Numbered from the stretch's first letter, positions 10,601 through 22,043 are shown. The stretch is 64,000 nucleotides of DNA from an uncultured Acidobacteriota bacterium (GCA_963770895.1 CAVYRF010000002.1:5216001-5280000), one strand, 5' to 3'. Made by a program: numbers and translations. Notes: generated by a model from the letters alone, not told the origin.

Positions 10601-12106
10601 ATGCTCGATGCCGGGATCGTCACCGAGATCAAACGCCTGCATTACGCCGAGCACTGGCGGATCGGCACCATCGCCGCCCAACTCGGCGTCCATCCGGATG
10701 CTGTCCGTCGGGTGGTGTCCGGCGAGCCGGGAAGCCGGCGGCCGGCGGCGCCGCGGCCGTGCCGGATCGATCCGTTTCTGCCCTTTGTGACCGAGACCCT
10801 GGAGCGCTATCCGCGTCTGTGCACCACGGTGCTGCATCGCATGCTGCGCGAGCGCGGCTTTGTCGGCGGCGTATCGCAGTTGCGGCGGGTGGTGCGTGCG
10901 CTGCGGCCTCATCGTCGCCGGGTCTTCGTGCGTCTGGCCAGTCTTCCCGGCGAAGCCGCGCAGGTCGATTGGGCCGACTTCGGCTGCGTCACCGTGGGCC
11001 GTGCCCGGCGCCGGCTGGCGGCCTTTCTCATGACGTTGGTCTACTCGCGGGCGCTCTACGTCGAGTTTTTCTTCGACCAGACGCTGGGCAATTTCTTGCT
11101 CGGCCATGTCCACGCTTTCGAGCACTTTGGCGGCGTACCGCGTCAGGTCGCGACGGATAATTTGCGGTCGGTCGTGCTGGAGCGCCATGGCAACCAAATC
11201 CGGTTTCATCCGCGCTATCTCGAACTGGCCGGTCATTACTGCTTCGAAACTCGCCCCTGCCACGTCGGCGCCAGCCAGGAAAAGGGCCGCGTCGAGCGCT
11301 CCGTGCGTTACGTACGAGATTCGTTTTTCGCCGCTCGCGGCTTTACCACCCTGGCCGATCTCAACCGCAGCGTCGGGCGTTGGATGGCCGAGGTCGCGTC
11401 GGTGCGCCGCTGGGTGGACGATGATGCTCGTGCCGTCGCCGACGTCTTTGCCGAAGACGAGCAGCGCCGCCTCCTACCGCTGCCGCGGCATTCCCTCGAT
11501 ACCAGTCAACGCAGTACGGTGCGCAGCGAAAAGCTCCTCTTTATCCGCTTCGACCGCAACGACTACTCCATCCCACCGACCGCGGTCGGCAAAGATTTGA
11601 CCCTGCTCGCCACGGATTGCGAGGTCCGTCTGCTCGACGGCACCGTCGAGATCGCCCGCCATCGCCGGTCCTACGACCAGGCCGAGCGCCTCACCGACCC
11701 GGCTCACAGCCAAGCCCTGCTCGCCCACAAGCGCGGCGGCGTACCGACCGCCGTCGAGTCTCCCCTGCGACTCGCCGTACCCGAGGTCGCGGCCTTCTGC
11801 GATGCCGCCTTTGCCCGCTATCGGAGCGTGGCCCTGCTGACCACCGCACTGACTCGCATGCTCCATCTCTACGGAGCCACATCCCTGAGCGCCGCAATCG
11901 CGGAGGCCCTTGGGCGTCAGACGCCGACCCTCGATGCCGTCGAGTACCTGCTCGAAAGGCACCGCCGCGCCGCCCAGCGGCGCCCTCCTCTGCCCGTCGA
12001 CCTGACCGACAAACCCGAGCTCGCCACCTATCATGTCCAACCCCATCCTCTCGCCGGCTACGACCAGCTCGCCCACGACGCCGCCACGGAGGATGTCGAT
12101 GATTGA
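10601..12106 (+). CDS. istA: IS21 transposase IstA
   Basis: [40 protein letters not shown]. Confidence 0.95.
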   Translation: MLDAGIVTEIKRLHYAEHWRIGTIAAQLGVHPDAVRRVVSGEPGSRRPAAPRPCRIDPFLPFVTETLERYPRLCTTVLHRMLRERGFVGGVSQLRRVVRALRPHRRRVFVRLASLPGEAAQVDWADFGCVTVGRARRRLAAFLMTLVYSRALYVEFFFDQTLGNFLLGHVHAFEHFGGVPRQVATDNLRSVVLERHGNQIRFHPRYLELAGHYCFETRPCHVGASQEKGRVERSVRYVRDSFFAARGFTTLADLNRSVGRWMAEVASVRRWVDDDARAVADVFAEDEQRRLLPLPRHSLDTSQRSTVRSEKLLFIRFDRNDYSIPPTAVGKDLTLLATDCEVRLLDGTVEIARHRRSYDQAERLTDPAHSQALLAHKRGGVPTAVESPLRLAVPEVAAFCDAAFARYRSVALLTTALTRMLHLYGATSLSAAIAEALGRQTPTLDAVEYLLERHRRAAQRRPPLPVDLTDKPELATYHVQPHPLAGYDQLAHDAATEDVDD

Positions 12107-12857
12107 CCTTGCCGCGCAGCTCCGCGCTCTCGGCCTCTACGCCACCGCCGCCGGACTCGACGATCTCATCGCCACGGCCAGCCAACGGCGCCTCGGGCCT
12201 CGCGCTCTGCTCGAACACATCGCCACCGCCGAAGCCGCCGACCGCGCCCGCCGCTCCCTCGAACGGCGGACTGCCAGAAGCCGACTCGGCGCCTTCAAAC
12301 CCATCACCGATTTCGATTGGAGCTGGCCAAAGAAAATCGATCGCCCCCTGCTCGAACGAGCTCTTACACTCGATTTCCTCAAGGACGGCAGAAACCTCAT
12401 CGTCCTCGGACCCAACGGCGTCGGCAAGACCATGCTCATCAAAAACGTCGCCTATCAGGCTGTGCTCGCCGGCTATTCCGTGCTCTTTCGAACCGCTGCC
12501 GAACTGCTCGACGACATCGACTGCGACTCCCCAGAGCTACGACGCCGCAGAATCGCCGCCTACACCACGCCCGCCCTCGTCTGCCTCGATGAAATCGGCT
12601 ATCTCTCCTACGACGACCACGCCGCCGATCTCCTCTACAAGGTCATCAACCCCCGCTACGAAAAACGACGCTCTCTGCTCCTCACCACCAACCTCGCCTT
12701 CAAAGACTGGAACGCTGTCTTTCCCAACGCCACCTGTATCGTCACCCTCATCGATCGCCTCACCCATCACGCCGACGTCACCGCCATCGAAGCCGACAGC
12801 TACCGCCGACGCGAGAGCGAGGCCGAGGCCGCCGCCCGCCGCAAGCGCAAGCCATGA
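12099..12857 (+). CDS. istB: IS21 helper ATPase IstB
   Basis: Walker [26 protein letters not shown]. Confidence 0.95.
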   Translation: MIDLAAQLRALGLYATAAGLDDLIATASQRRLGPRALLEHIATAEAADRARRSLERRTARSRLGAFKPITDFDWSWPKKIDRPLLERALTLDFLKDGRNLIVLGPNGVGKTMLIKNVAYQAVLAGYSVLFRTAAELLDDIDCDSPELRRRRIAAYTTPALVCLDEIGYLSYDDHAADLLYKVINPRYEKRRSLLLTTNLAFKDWNAVFPNATCIVTLIDRLTHHADVTAIEADSYRRRESEAEAAARRKRKP

Positions 12858-13189
12858 CTCGCAACGAGTACGTCCGCTGCGTCCTGGCTCTCTTCCACAG
12901 CGCACTCCACGCCGCCCCACGCCGCAGAGCCGCCGCCGCCGACCGACGCCTCGCCGCCCAACTCTTTGATGAAGGAATTGACCTACAAACCGTCGAAGCC
13001 GCCTCGCTCCTGGCCACCGCCCGCCGTACCATCCGACCTGCCCAACTCGGGCCCCTTCCTCCGATCCGCTCCCTGGCCTACTTGCTGCCCGTCATCCGCG
13101 AGATCCAGCAACAGCCGCTCGACCCTGCCTACCTCGATTACCTACGCCGACGATTGCCGACCTCACGCTCGCTTTTCGACGGAAACTGA
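12854..13189 (+). CDS. Hypothetical protein, fourth IS21 ORF
   Basis: ATGA overlap with istB; ends inside the right TIR. Confidence 0.7.
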   Translation: MTRNEYVRCVLALFHSALHAAPRRRAAAADRRLAAQLFDEGIDLQTVEAASLLATARRTIRPAQLGPLPPIRSLAYLLPVIREIQQQPLDPAYLDYLRRRLPTSRSLFDGN

Positions 13190-13348
13190 CGCTCGGTAAC
13201 AACAGGGGCCTGTTGCCGGATGAATAGACCTACCGGCCGAGCGGGAGAAATTCGCCGGCAACGTCCGTCTACATAGATAGCTAGCCACCCTCGGCAGCGA
13301 AAGAGCCCGACCCAGACCCCCTTAGCCTGGGCGCAGGGAGGTGCGGAG

Positions 13349-14542
13349 ATGCGCCGTCAGAGTCTGGTTGGGGTCGTCCTCCTGATCGCCGCCCTCTGGG
13401 GACCGGCGAGAGCAGCGCATGCCGTGGAGGTGGCTGCGACCGATGCGACGCTGGAGCAGGAGTTCCTGGTCCTGTTCAAGCACTTTGAGAAGGCGGACTG
13501 GCAAGGATCAGTTTTCCATGTCGGACCGGGCGAGATGCCAAAGAGTTCAGGCCGCCCCCCGCTGGCGCTTGCCTGCAAGGGGGCTGGCGCGCGCGTTTTG
13601 GCGCTCTTCGACAGCACGTTTCACAACACGGCTGATCTGGGCGTGGTCTTCTGCGACACCGGGATCTTCTACCGCAGCCGCATCGCATCTCCCAAAGAGG
13701 GGGTGCTGCCTTACAATGACTTCAAGCGAGCGGACTTCCGCGCTCGCAGTGGAGTTTTCGTTGACATCGATCAGAACCATACTCTCGACGGCCCTCCCGC
13801 GCTGGCTCACCTTTTCGATGGCTTGAAGACTCTGATCGAGGTGCATGACGGCGCATCCGTCATCCCGCCGGGCAGCAAGCTGGTCAAGCCCTTCTGCGTC
13901 CTGCCACCCCAGACCGCCATCGTAACCAACGGATCGCCCCTGACGATCCACTGCAAAGAGATCTTCGTCTATGGAGTGGCCACCATCCGCTCGTTCGATC
14001 GGCCCGCCGGGTTTGGCCAGCAAGCAGGTGATGGCGGCCCCATCGATCTCGATGTCGAGACGATCTCAGGAGGGCGTCTGGAGATCCTCGACACGGGTCA
14101 AGAAGGCTACGTCGGAGCGGCTGGTCCAGCCGGAGCTCGGGGCGAACCGGGAGCTGCGGGCGCTGCGCGCAGCTTGGGGCGCACGGTGCTCTCCGGCTGT
14201 GCCTCCGGAGGGCAGGGAAGCCCTGGGCAACGGGGCGGGCCCGGAGGCGTTGGCGGGATGGGAGGGAAGGGCGGAGATGGCGGATCGGTGAGGATCACGA
14301 CGAACAGCGCCACCAAAAAGCTGATCGCTGCAAAGGCATCCGGAGGTGAGGGCGGAAAGGGCGGTCCAGGAGGCCGCGGCGGCCCTGGCGGTCCTGGCGG
14401 TCAGCCAGGACCTGGCGATGCCTTTTGTGGTGGGGGTCTCCCAGGTCCTATCGGCCCCAATGGAGAAAACGGTAGCGCTGGTCCTGCTGGAGGTCAAGGG
14501 AAAAACGTTCCAATCAACTGGATACTGAAGGAGAGGGGCTAG
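13349..14542 (+). CDS. Secreted protein with C-terminal collagen-like Gly-X-Y repeats
   Basis: GGAGG RBS, signal peptide ending AHA, runs such as GAAGPAGARGEPG and GKGGPGGRGGPG. Confidence 0.75.
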   Translation: MRRQSLVGVVLLIAALWGPARAAHAVEVAATDATLEQEFLVLFKHFEKADWQGSVFHVGPGEMPKSSGRPPLALACKGAGARVLALFDSTFHNTADLGVVFCDTGIFYRSRIASPKEGVLPYNDFKRADFRARSGVFVDIDQNHTLDGPPALAHLFDGLKTLIEVHDGASVIPPGSKLVKPFCVLPPQTAIVTNGSPLTIHCKEIFVYGVATIRSFDRPAGFGQQAGDGGPIDLDVETISGGRLEILDTGQEGYVGAAGPAGARGEPGAAGAARSLGRTVLSGCASGGQGSPGQRGGPGGVGGMGGKGGDGGSVRITTNSATKKLIAAKASGGEGGKGGPGGRGGPGGPGGQPGPGDAFCGGGLPGPIGPNGENGSAGPAGGQGKNVPINWILKERG

Positions 14543-14543
14543 C

Positions 14544-15359
14544 ATGAGGACCCACATCCTTGCAGTGTCACTGATCATGGCAGCATGGATCGCGCCCACT
14601 CTGAACGCCGCATCCGTGTCCCCAGGGTTTTGTGAATCCGACTACCTGGATGCGTGCCGACAAGGCTATCAGCCTACAGTTTCGGAGTCGCTGAGAGATC
14701 AGAAGAGGCTTGACCACTACCGAGACTGCGTAGACCAGGAAGGGAACACCTGCCTGTTGATCGCCAGTCGCAGCTCCCGGGAGAACCTAATCAAATTGCT
14801 AATAAATTGCCGCGTGAATATCGAGCAGGTAGACGAGAAGGGTATGACCGCCCTGATGTGGGCCGTCACCAATGGCAATTTTTCAATCGCCAAGGTCCTC
14901 GTGAAAGAGGGTCACGCTGAGGTGGAAAACAGCAATGCGCGCGGCGACACGGCAATCAAGATTGCGCAACGAGAAGGATTTGTCGATATTGAGCACTTCC
15001 TGGAAGCAAATCGTGAGCGGTGGACAGATGCCGCAGGCCAGAGCATCTGGATCTTGATTGCATTGGGCTGCGCTGGTGGGTTCTTGTTGACGCTCTTTGA
15101 ATTCTTCGAAGGCAGCAATAGCTCCGCGCCGCCAGGCGGGGGCAGGCGCTTGGTCGCGTGGTTCGGGATCCCTGCGCTCGGTGGCTTCCTCGTCTATGTC
15201 TTCGTCTTGACTGGCGCCTTGCTAACGCCTCTGTTGGCACTGGGTCTCGGTATCTCCGGCCCGGCCTTGATCCGCGCTTGGCGCATGAATCCGTTGACCT
15301 ACTCGCTGGGCGACCTGTCCAAGACCCCACCGCCTCAACCTAAGCCTCCCCCTCCGTGA
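14544..15359 (+). CDS. Ankyrin-repeat membrane protein
   Basis: Signal peptide; repeats GNTCLLIA, GMTALMWAV, GDTAIKIA; three C-terminal TM segments; starts 1 bp after the upstream stop. Confidence 0.8.
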   Translation: MRTHILAVSLIMAAWIAPTLNAASVSPGFCESDYLDACRQGYQPTVSESLRDQKRLDHYRDCVDQEGNTCLLIASRSSRENLIKLLINCRVNIEQVDEKGMTALMWAVTNGNFSIAKVLVKEGHAEVENSNARGDTAIKIAQREGFVDIEHFLEANRERWTDAAGQSIWILIALGCAGGFLLTLFEFFEGSNSSAPPGGGRRLVAWFGIPALGGFLVYVFVLTGALLTPLLALGLGISGPALIRAWRMNPLTYSLGDLSKTPPPQPKPPPP

Positions 15360-15548
15360 GGCTGCCGGTATGTCGGTGGCAGGGCTGGCCGAGGCGGGCG
15401 CCTCTGGCGTCCAGCCCGATCTTGGATCGTGGTGCGAACTGCCGGCGATTACTGCCCCCCTCCACACACAGCAACGGAGCGCGCAGGCCCTTGCGGACCG
15501 GAGTGTCAGGGATCAAACCTGAATGGCCGCGAGTCGCCGCGAGGCGCG

Positions 15549-15785
15549 TGTCAAGTGACGGCAATTTCTATGAGGTTAGCGATCGCGTAGTTCTACGACC
15601 CTCCTGGTTAGCTGGGCCGAAGGCCCAGGATGCGGTAGGGACCGGGGGGAAGGGTCCCGCCGCGCGCGAGCTTACGCACTTACTTGAGCATTCTTTCGAG
15701 ATCTCGCAGCCGGTAAGGCCGGCCCTTGATGTTGATGACGTGGCGGCAGTGCAGGAGCCGATCCAGCAGGGCGGTCACCGTGGCG
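15549..15785 (-). mobile_element. IS21 remnant: istB 3' end plus terminal repeat
   Basis: Minus strand reads ATVTALLDRLLHCRHVINIKGRPYRLRDLERMLK*; end TGTCAAGTGACGGC at 15549. Confidence 0.7.
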
Positions 15786-15865
15786 GTAGAGCTCAAGGTG
15801 ATGAAAGGAATCAACGCACCACAGCTCATCAATACATGCCAAGCTTGCACCGCCGCGAGCTCATA

Positions 15866-18800
15866 CTACATGCCGGCCGAGGCAGTCGCGATCGCCCGCC
15901 GCGTGATCCCAGATTGCAGCGGGCTCACAAGGTCGAGGCGCTGCAGCAAGTCCCAGCACACGAACGCCGGATCTCCCGGCAGCACGCGGCCGGTCAGGCT
16001 TGCCAGACGTTGCTCCAGCCAGGCCGCCCAGGCAGCTTCGTCTTCATGTACGGCGGCGGCGGTCACCATGATACCGACGAGGCTGGCGATCCCTTCCTCC
16101 GCACGGGTGCGCGGGGCGACGGCAAGAAGAGCGTTGGCCACGGCGTCGGCCAGGTCGAGATCGCGCTGCGCGACTGCGACCAGCGCCGCCTGCTCAAGGT
16201 CCTGCCAGCGCTTCTGGGAAGGTTCGCCGCCCTCGTCATCGGCGGCGAGGGATGCAGCCAAGCTCGCCCGTACCGCAGCGGGCAGCCGCCCGAGCCAGCC
16301 GTACAACAACGCTCCGGCCCAAGCGCCCTGGCTCGGGATCCCCGCCAGCTGCGCCAAAAGCACTTCTGGCAGCTCCTCTCTTGGGCGGAGATGCGCGGCG
16401 AGCGGGTCGGTTGGGAGCACCGGCCAGACAGCACGGTAGGCGGCTTGGATGTCATCGGCCCCTGGCACGCGTCTGCCCGCCGCTTGATGGGCCACGACGA
16501 GCCGCCATAGCCGGGAGAGAAGCTCCGCGCGCACATACGGTGCCGCAAGCAACCCAGGACGGACGAGGGGTTCCCGCCGGCGATCGATCATCTTGGCCCA
16601 CCTGCCCACCAGCCAAAACCCGGTCTGTACGAATTCGGTAAGCGCGCCGAGATCGACTGCGCCTTGCGGCAGCATTGGGGCCATCAAAGCCGCCTCCATC
16701 CAGGCGCACATGCGCCGCCAGAACGGCGGGCGGAGGGCGCTGCCCCCAACCAGCATGAGCTTATCCAGCATGAGCTCGACGAGCAGCGCAAAGACGGCGT
16801 AGAAGTCGCCACCACAAGGGAGCGGAAATGTATCTGAGACGAGTGCCGGCAGCGCCCGATTCAGCAGCGCCGCGAAGCGGGGGTCGTGCTGGCGATGCAG
16901 GGCCACGTCCACCGCGGCCAGGAGCGAAATCGGCTCGGCCTCGGGATGGCTGGCTTCGAGAGCGTTCCACACCTCGTCGTCGTTGTACGGCGCGAGCCAG
17001 AGCCCGGGCAGGAGCTCGTCGCGTAAGGCGCCGCGAAGGCAGGTGCGGAGACCCTGCACCAAATCGCGGCGCAACAGGTCCTGCCGGTGCGCGGGCAGAG
17101 TGACCGTGAGATACGTTTCGGGATCGGCCGTGCCCGGGTCCGGGCCGTAATATCGCTCCATCAAGAGGAACGAGGGGGGAGGCAACTCGTCCAGCGGGAT
17201 CTGCCGATCGGCGAGCGCTGCGCCCACCTGGTGTTCGTGCGGCACGAGCGCGTTCTCGAGAGCACTCAAGAGTTGATGGATCTCTTCGACGGTCAATTCT
17301 CGGAGATCGGCAGCCGCACGCAGTGCGGCCAGCTCTGGCGGCGCCATGCCACCGAACCGCGCGAGCACCTGGTCCAGAGCGTGCAAGCGCGCCGCGCGGT
17401 CCACCGCGAACAGATTCGTGTCAAAGAGCTGAAGGACGATCCGGTTCGGCTCGCCCTCCCCCTGGGGTAGATCGATCGCAGGGACCTCGTCGTGGAAGAC
17501 CAAGCGGGCGGCCCTGCCGTCTGCGGTCGTGAGCGCCTGAGGCTCCCGAGTCACCAGGAGGCGCCGCGTAGCCTCGAAAAGGGGCTCGGGGTGGAACGCG
17601 ACGAGGCCTCGCAGAACGACCACCTCCTCGGAGCGCAAGCCGAGCTCGGGCCGGAAAACGAAGTTCGCACGGAGCCAGTCGCAGACGGTCTGCGGTTGAC
17701 TGTTGAAGAGATGGCGTGCGAAAAGCGCGGCATGCTCCATCGGCTCGGAGGTCCATCGCTCGATCAGCTCGCCTGCCTGGCGGCCGAGGGCCTCGACCAT
17801 TCCAGGATACTGGGCGAGGCGCGGCCGCAGCACATATGCCTCCACCCACTCGCGGTAGGCCGCCAGGCGGCCTTCGCCCATGGGAGGCAGCGGCTGGAGG
17901 AGCCCCCAGGTGTGCCGCACGAGCGCCTCGGTGGCATGCTCCGCGGTCGGTCGCGCATCGCTCAGGCCCTCATGGGGCGAGGGTGCGACATGGTGCCAGA
18001 TCCAGTCGGAGACCTGGGCCGCGCGTTCGGACGGCAGGTCTGCCCTTTGCCAGAGCTCGCGGATCGCCAGAACGCTCGTCGGGTAGAGCGCTTCACCGAG
18101 GCCCCGTCTGGCGCTCTCGTGAAGCGGCGGGATCGCGCGCACCCTTGCCAGGGACTGACGAAGCGTGCGCAGTTCGGCGCTCTCGACGAGATCGCCCGCT
18201 TCCGGCCAGCGTGCGCGTGATCCCAGGGCGACCAGCTCGTCAGGCGCCAGGGGCACGAAGCAAAAGCCCGCCTCGCGCAGCCGGTGATGGATCGTCTCTT
18301 GCTCGGCGGCCGTCAGCACGCCCTGGTCGACCAGGAACTGCACCAAATCGAGAACGCAGAGGACCGGCACCGTGCGGCCCTGCTTGTCGGTAAGGCCGCG
18401 GTACCGGTTGATGGCCCGATCGTCGATGCAGATCGCGTCACAGATGCCGGTGTCCGCATCAAACTGCAGGAGTGTCGGTGGCGCGGCACCCGGCAGCTGC
18501 TGGCCGTCGATCGAGTCGCGGCGCGGCAGGAGCCGGATCTTGCCGGCCTCGATACCCGACCGGAGCGCGCCGCGGATCTGGTCGAGGGTCGCGGCAAGCA
18601 GGTCGCCATGGCGCGCGCTGTCAAGCATCCGGTTGGTGTCGGCGCGCAGCGACGGATGCACCCTGAGGTCGAGACCGGCCGCGATCATCGGCTCCAGGAG
18701 CTGGGCGTGCTGGAGATAGGTCACGGCGAGATCGTCGAGGTACAAAGGACGATCTAGCAGCGAGCCGTCGCGCGGCACAGCCCCCGGGCGGTCCTGGGTC

Positions 18801-21800
18801 AGCAGATAACGCTGAGCCTGCTCGTGCTGAGCGGCGTCGAGGTAGCCACGCTCGTAGAGCGCGAGTTCCAGATCGACCGTCGACCAGATGCGCTGCTCGT
18901 CGGCGCCGAGCACCGCGAGCTCCTCCATCAGGCTCGCCGGCCGGTAGATCGGCAGCGGCCGGACGACGCTGCCGCCGCTCGTGCGGGCGGCCAGGAGAAG
19001 CTGCGCGAGATCGCCGCCCACCTCGGCGGCGAGCTCGCGGAGGTCACCGGATGCTGGCTCGGCGTCGCGAAGCTGCTGCCGGTCCAGCATCTCCCGCAGC
19101 CTCTCGGCCGCGCGCACCAGCGCGGGCTGCTGGTGACGGACCTGATTGCGGTCGTTGAGGATGACGAGCAGCGTGTCGGCCGCGACACAGACCTTGGGCA
19201 GCGCGGCGAGGACTCTGTCCAAAAGCTCCAGGTAGGCGAGGACAAAGATCGACGTGATATCGAGGCCCACGACCCAGTCCGGCGGCAAAACCTGGGGCTG
19301 GCTGTGCTCCGAGAGGATCGGAACGAGGGTTCGCTGGCGTCCGTCCTGGGACTGGCGGTTCGCACGCGGTATGCCGATAAGGAGATGGGACAGCGGGACA
19401 TGCAGCTCGATTGCGGCCTGATGAAGCGGTAGTTCACCGCGCAGCCAACCTTCCTCCACCCTGCGCCGGTGTTCGCGTTGCGCCGGCATCATCTGCGTAA
19501 CGACAGTCCGCAGGTCCAGCGCGCGCGCCGGGCCGTCCTCGGCCGACAGCGCCAGCGCCTGCCGCGGCCATGAAGCCGTCTCCCGATCGTCGTCGCGGCC
19601 CAGCTTGAAACGCAGCCAGATCGCCGATACCAGGAGGTGCGCATCGCCTTCGTTGCGCTCCACCGCGAGCTTCGCCAGGTCCCAGGCCCGCTCGGCGGCC
19701 ACATCGACCTGGGCGGCAATCGAAGCCAGTCGCATGAGGGTGGCGGGAGTGTGCCCATCGCGTCGCGGCCACTCCCGGTCAACGATCGCTGAGAAGCGCT
19801 CCCATTGCCCTCCGGCGAGGGCCAGGTTGATGTCGAGGTCGAGATCGAGGTCGTCGACCCGCTCCGCCATCAGCTGGCGATTGAGGTCGTTGGCCTCGCC
19901 GAGACGGCCGGCCCGAAAGAGCGCCCAGGCCCTGGCCGACTGGAGCTCTGGCGCCTGCTCGACGAGATCGGGATTCGCGTCCAGGAACGCCAGGATCTCG
20001 TCCGGTGCGGCGTCCCCGGAGCGTTCCATGCAGACAACCAGCTCCAAAGCGTTGCGCCGGTTCGGCAGCCGCCGGACGAGCTCGGCGACGAGTGGGTGGA
20101 GAGCAGCCCAGTCCCTGGCTTTCCTCAGATAGCGGATCAGGTTCTCGAGATCGATCAGATCTCCTGTCCGAGCGAAGTTGGCCTCGAGGCCCGGGCGCAG
20201 GTCCTCCTCACCCTCATGCTGCAGGATGCGGAGCTCGATACGCCGGATGTCGTCCTCGTCGAAGATCCCTTGCGATGCCTGGAGCTCTGCCTTGGCCCGA
20301 GCCAACTGGCCGTCTCCGAGGAGGACCTCGATGCGTGCCCCGGCCAGGCGGTCGGGCGCCAGCACATCCTGCAGGCTGGTCGCTTCCCGATCGAGATAGG
20401 CGAGCTGGTCACCAGGCGAAAGGGCCTGCTCGTTGATGAGGAATTCGGCGACGCGCTCCTCACGCGACAGCCCTCCCAGATGCGACCGGCGCTCGAGGTA
20501 TCGCATCGCTTTGGCGGCATCGAACGGGATGTCGCGGGCGCGCGCCAGCGGCAGCAGCCGGACCATGCTCTCGCCTTCGCTGCTCATGCTCCGCTCCAGG
20601 TCCTGCCGCGCTGCAGCGACCACCTCGGGATCCGGGTGGGTCAGGAGAAGCCACCTCGACCAGATGCCGGCCTCCAGGGCGAGGGGAGGGAACAGATCTC
20701 GCCACAACACCTGGGTGCGCTCGAAACAAAAGCTGGCCTCGGCCCGATGCCGATCGGCCCCACCCCCTTCGAGTGTGCGCAGGCCGTGCAGGTACACGAT
20801 CCCACCGAGCACCTCGCGGCGCAGCTCTGGGGACACCAGGAAGGCCACTCGCACCCGCCCCTCGATGTTCGGCAGCTCCGGGTAGTCGTCCCAAAGGTGG
20901 CGAACCCGCTCCAGGGAGGCTAAAGCATCCTCCCAACGGCCCTCTTGGGCGAGGGCCACGGCAAGCTGACGCCAACCGAATCCAGTGAGGAACTCAGGCC
21001 GCTCGCCGCCGGGCAGGGAGGCAAATCGAGCGAGGGCCTCTTCCCGACCATGGACGCGGTAGAGGACGGCAAACAGGTTGGCTCGCGCATCGGGGTCGTC
21101 GAGGTCGCGCAATGCGTGGAGCGCACCTTGGGGATCTCCACCAGCCTCAAGCAGGAGAGCGGCGAGGATGGGAGTGCCGGGCGGCAGGGCGTACCGCGCC
21201 AAGCGAGCACGGAAAGACTGCGCTTGCTCGAAGGTCGCGGCGTTGGCGTGAAACCGGGCGGCCCAATACAGGATCTCCGCCTGCTTCGCCGCGTCCGCGT
21301 GTCGGAGATCGCCAGCGGTGGCGCGGTCGACAAGGCGCACGATGTCGGAGCAGCCCTCCTCGAGGGTCGTCACGCCTCGGCGCCGCAGGATGAGGTTCAG
21401 CTCGCGGGCGGCGCGGGCCGAGTGGTCCTCTTGGATCACGCGGTCCGGCGCCGGATCGATGGGGAACAGATCCTCGATCTCCTCAGGGGAGAGCTCCTCC
21501 CGCAGCAGGCCCCAGAACGAGTCGATGCCGAGGACTCTGAAGGTGACCGCGGGGTGGCTGGCCTTGAGGCCGGCAACCGCGCTGGCGGCGAGCTTGCCGA
21601 TTGCGTCCTCGGGGTAGTTGTGGACGAACGACCAGCAGCGAAGGTTGCCCTCAAGGGTCGAGTAGGCGGTTGTGAAGTTGTCTCGCAGCTTGGTTACCAG
21701 GATGCTGTCGGTTTGCTCAGTGATCCTGGCGGGTGCATAGATCTGGTACACCTCACCGGTGTTGATGACCAACCCATCGAGGCCACCGTCGCCGCTCGTC

Positions 21801-21946
21801 TTGCGGATACGCTGGAAGTCGCCACTTTTATGGAGTGCGCCCACCAGCCGTTCGATCAACGACTGGAACTCCTCGTGGAACAAGGATCGGAACTGATCGC
21901 GAAATCGGAGACGCTGGAGATCGAGGCGTGTCATGTCAACCGGCAT
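15866..21946 (-). CDS. 2026-aa protein: N-terminal PD-(D/E)XK-like nuclease, TPR-like repeats, PIN-like domains; putative anti-phage
   Basis: FQRIR...GDGGLDG......VYQIYAP head; helical repeats; PIN-like LDITSIFVL, LYLDDLAVTYLQ, ICIDDRAIN. Confidence 0.7.
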   Translation of the reverse strand: MPVDMTRLDLQRLRFRDQFRSLFHEEFQSLIERLVGALHKSGDFQRIRKTSGDGGLDGLVINTGEVYQIYAPARITEQTDSILVTKLRDNFTTAYSTLEGNLRCWSFVHNYPEDAIGKLAASAVAGLKASHPAVTFRVLGIDSFWGLLREELSPEEIEDLFPIDPAPDRVIQEDHSARAARELNLILRRRGVTTLEEGCSDIVRLVDRATAGDLRHADAAKQAEILYWAARFHANAATFEQAQSFRARLARYALPPGTPILAALLLEAGGDPQGALHALRDLDDPDARANLFAVLYRVHGREEALARFASLPGGERPEFLTGFGWRQLAVALAQEGRWEDALASLERVRHLWDDYPELPNIEGRVRVAFLVSPELRREVLGGIVYLHGLRTLEGGGADRHRAEASFCFERTQVLWRDLFPPLALEAGIWSRWLLLTHPDPEVVAAARQDLERSMSSEGESMVRLLPLARARDIPFDAAKAMRYLERRSHLGGLSREERVAEFLINEQALSPGDQLAYLDREATSLQDVLAPDRLAGARIEVLLGDGQLARAKAELQASQGIFDEDDIRRIELRILQHEGEEDLRPGLEANFARTGDLIDLENLIRYLRKARDWAALHPLVAELVRRLPNRRNALELVVCMERSGDAAPDEILAFLDANPDLVEQAPELQSARAWALFRAGRLGEANDLNRQLMAERVDDLDLDLDINLALAGGQWERFSAIVDREWPRRDGHTPATLMRLASIAAQVDVAAERAWDLAKLAVERNEGDAHLLVSAIWLRFKLGRDDDRETASWPRQALALSAEDGPARALDLRTVVTQMMPAQREHRRRVEEGWLRGELPLHQAAIELHVPLSHLLIGIPRANRQSQDGRQRTLVPILSEHSQPQVLPPDWVVGLDITSIFVLAYLELLDRVLAALPKVCVAADTLLVILNDRNQVRHQQPALVRAAERLREMLDRQQLRDAEPASGDLRELAAEVGGDLAQLLLAARTSGGSVVRPLPIYRPASLMEELAVLGADEQRIWSTVDLELALYERGYLDAAQHEQAQRYLLTQDRPGAVPRDGSLLDRPLYLDDLAVTYLQHAQLLEPMIAAGLDLRVHPSLRADTNRMLDSARHGDLLAATLDQIRGALRSGIEAGKIRLLPRRDSIDGQQLPGAAPPTLLQFDADTGICDAICIDDRAINRYRGLTDKQGRTVPVLCVLDLVQFLVDQGVLTAAEQETIHHRLREAGFCFVPLAPDELVALGSRARWPEAGDLVESAELRTLRQSLARVRAIPPLHESARRGLGEALYPTSVLAIRELWQRADLPSERAAQVSDWIWHHVAPSPHEGLSDARPTAEHATEALVRHTWGLLQPLPPMGEGRLAAYREWVEAYVLRPRLAQYPGMVEALGRQAGELIERWTSEPMEHAALFARHLFNSQPQTVCDWLRANFVFRPELGLRSEEVVVLRGLVAFHPEPLFEATRRLLVTREPQALTTADGRAARLVFHDEVPAIDLPQGEGEPNRIVLQLFDTNLFAVDRAARLHALDQVLARFGGMAPPELAALRAAADLRELTVEEIHQLLSALENALVPHEHQVGAALADRQIPLDELPPPSFLLMERYYGPDPGTADPETYLTVTLPAHRQDLLRRDLVQGLRTCLRGALRDELLPGLWLAPYNDDEVWNALEASHPEAEPISLLAAVDVALHRQHDPRFAALLNRALPALVSDTFPLPCGGDFYAVFALLVELMLDKLMLVGGSALRPPFWRRMCAWMEAALMAPMLPQGAVDLGALTEFVQTGFWLVGRWAKMIDRRREPLVRPGLLAAPYVRAELLSRLWRLVVAHQAAGRRVPGADDIQAAYRAVWPVLPTDPLAAHLRPREELPEVLLAQLAGIPSQGAWAGALLYGWLGRLPAAVRASLAASLAADDEGGEPSQKRWQDLEQAALVAVAQRDLDLADAVANALLAVAPRTRAEEGIASLVGIMVTAAAVHEDEAAWAAWLEQRLASLTGRVLPGDPAFVCWDLLQRLDLVSPLQSGITRRAIATASAGM

Positions 21947-22043
21947 GGTGGGATTGCACTACCATCGTAGCGTGGGGAATCCAGACCCGGCTCCTGGTAC
22001 CAGTCCAACATGGACCACCACTGAGGGGCGGGGCGGTGTCGGG

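Larger units (their letters stand above)
9862..13201 (+). mobile_element. IS21-family element with four ORFs
   Basis: TIRs TGTGAGCGAGCGTCGGAATCCGTCGAAA and (reverse complement) TGTTACCGAGCGTCAGTTTCCGTCGAAA; 5-bp TSD ACAGG at 9857-9861 and 13202-13206. Confidence 0.9.
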
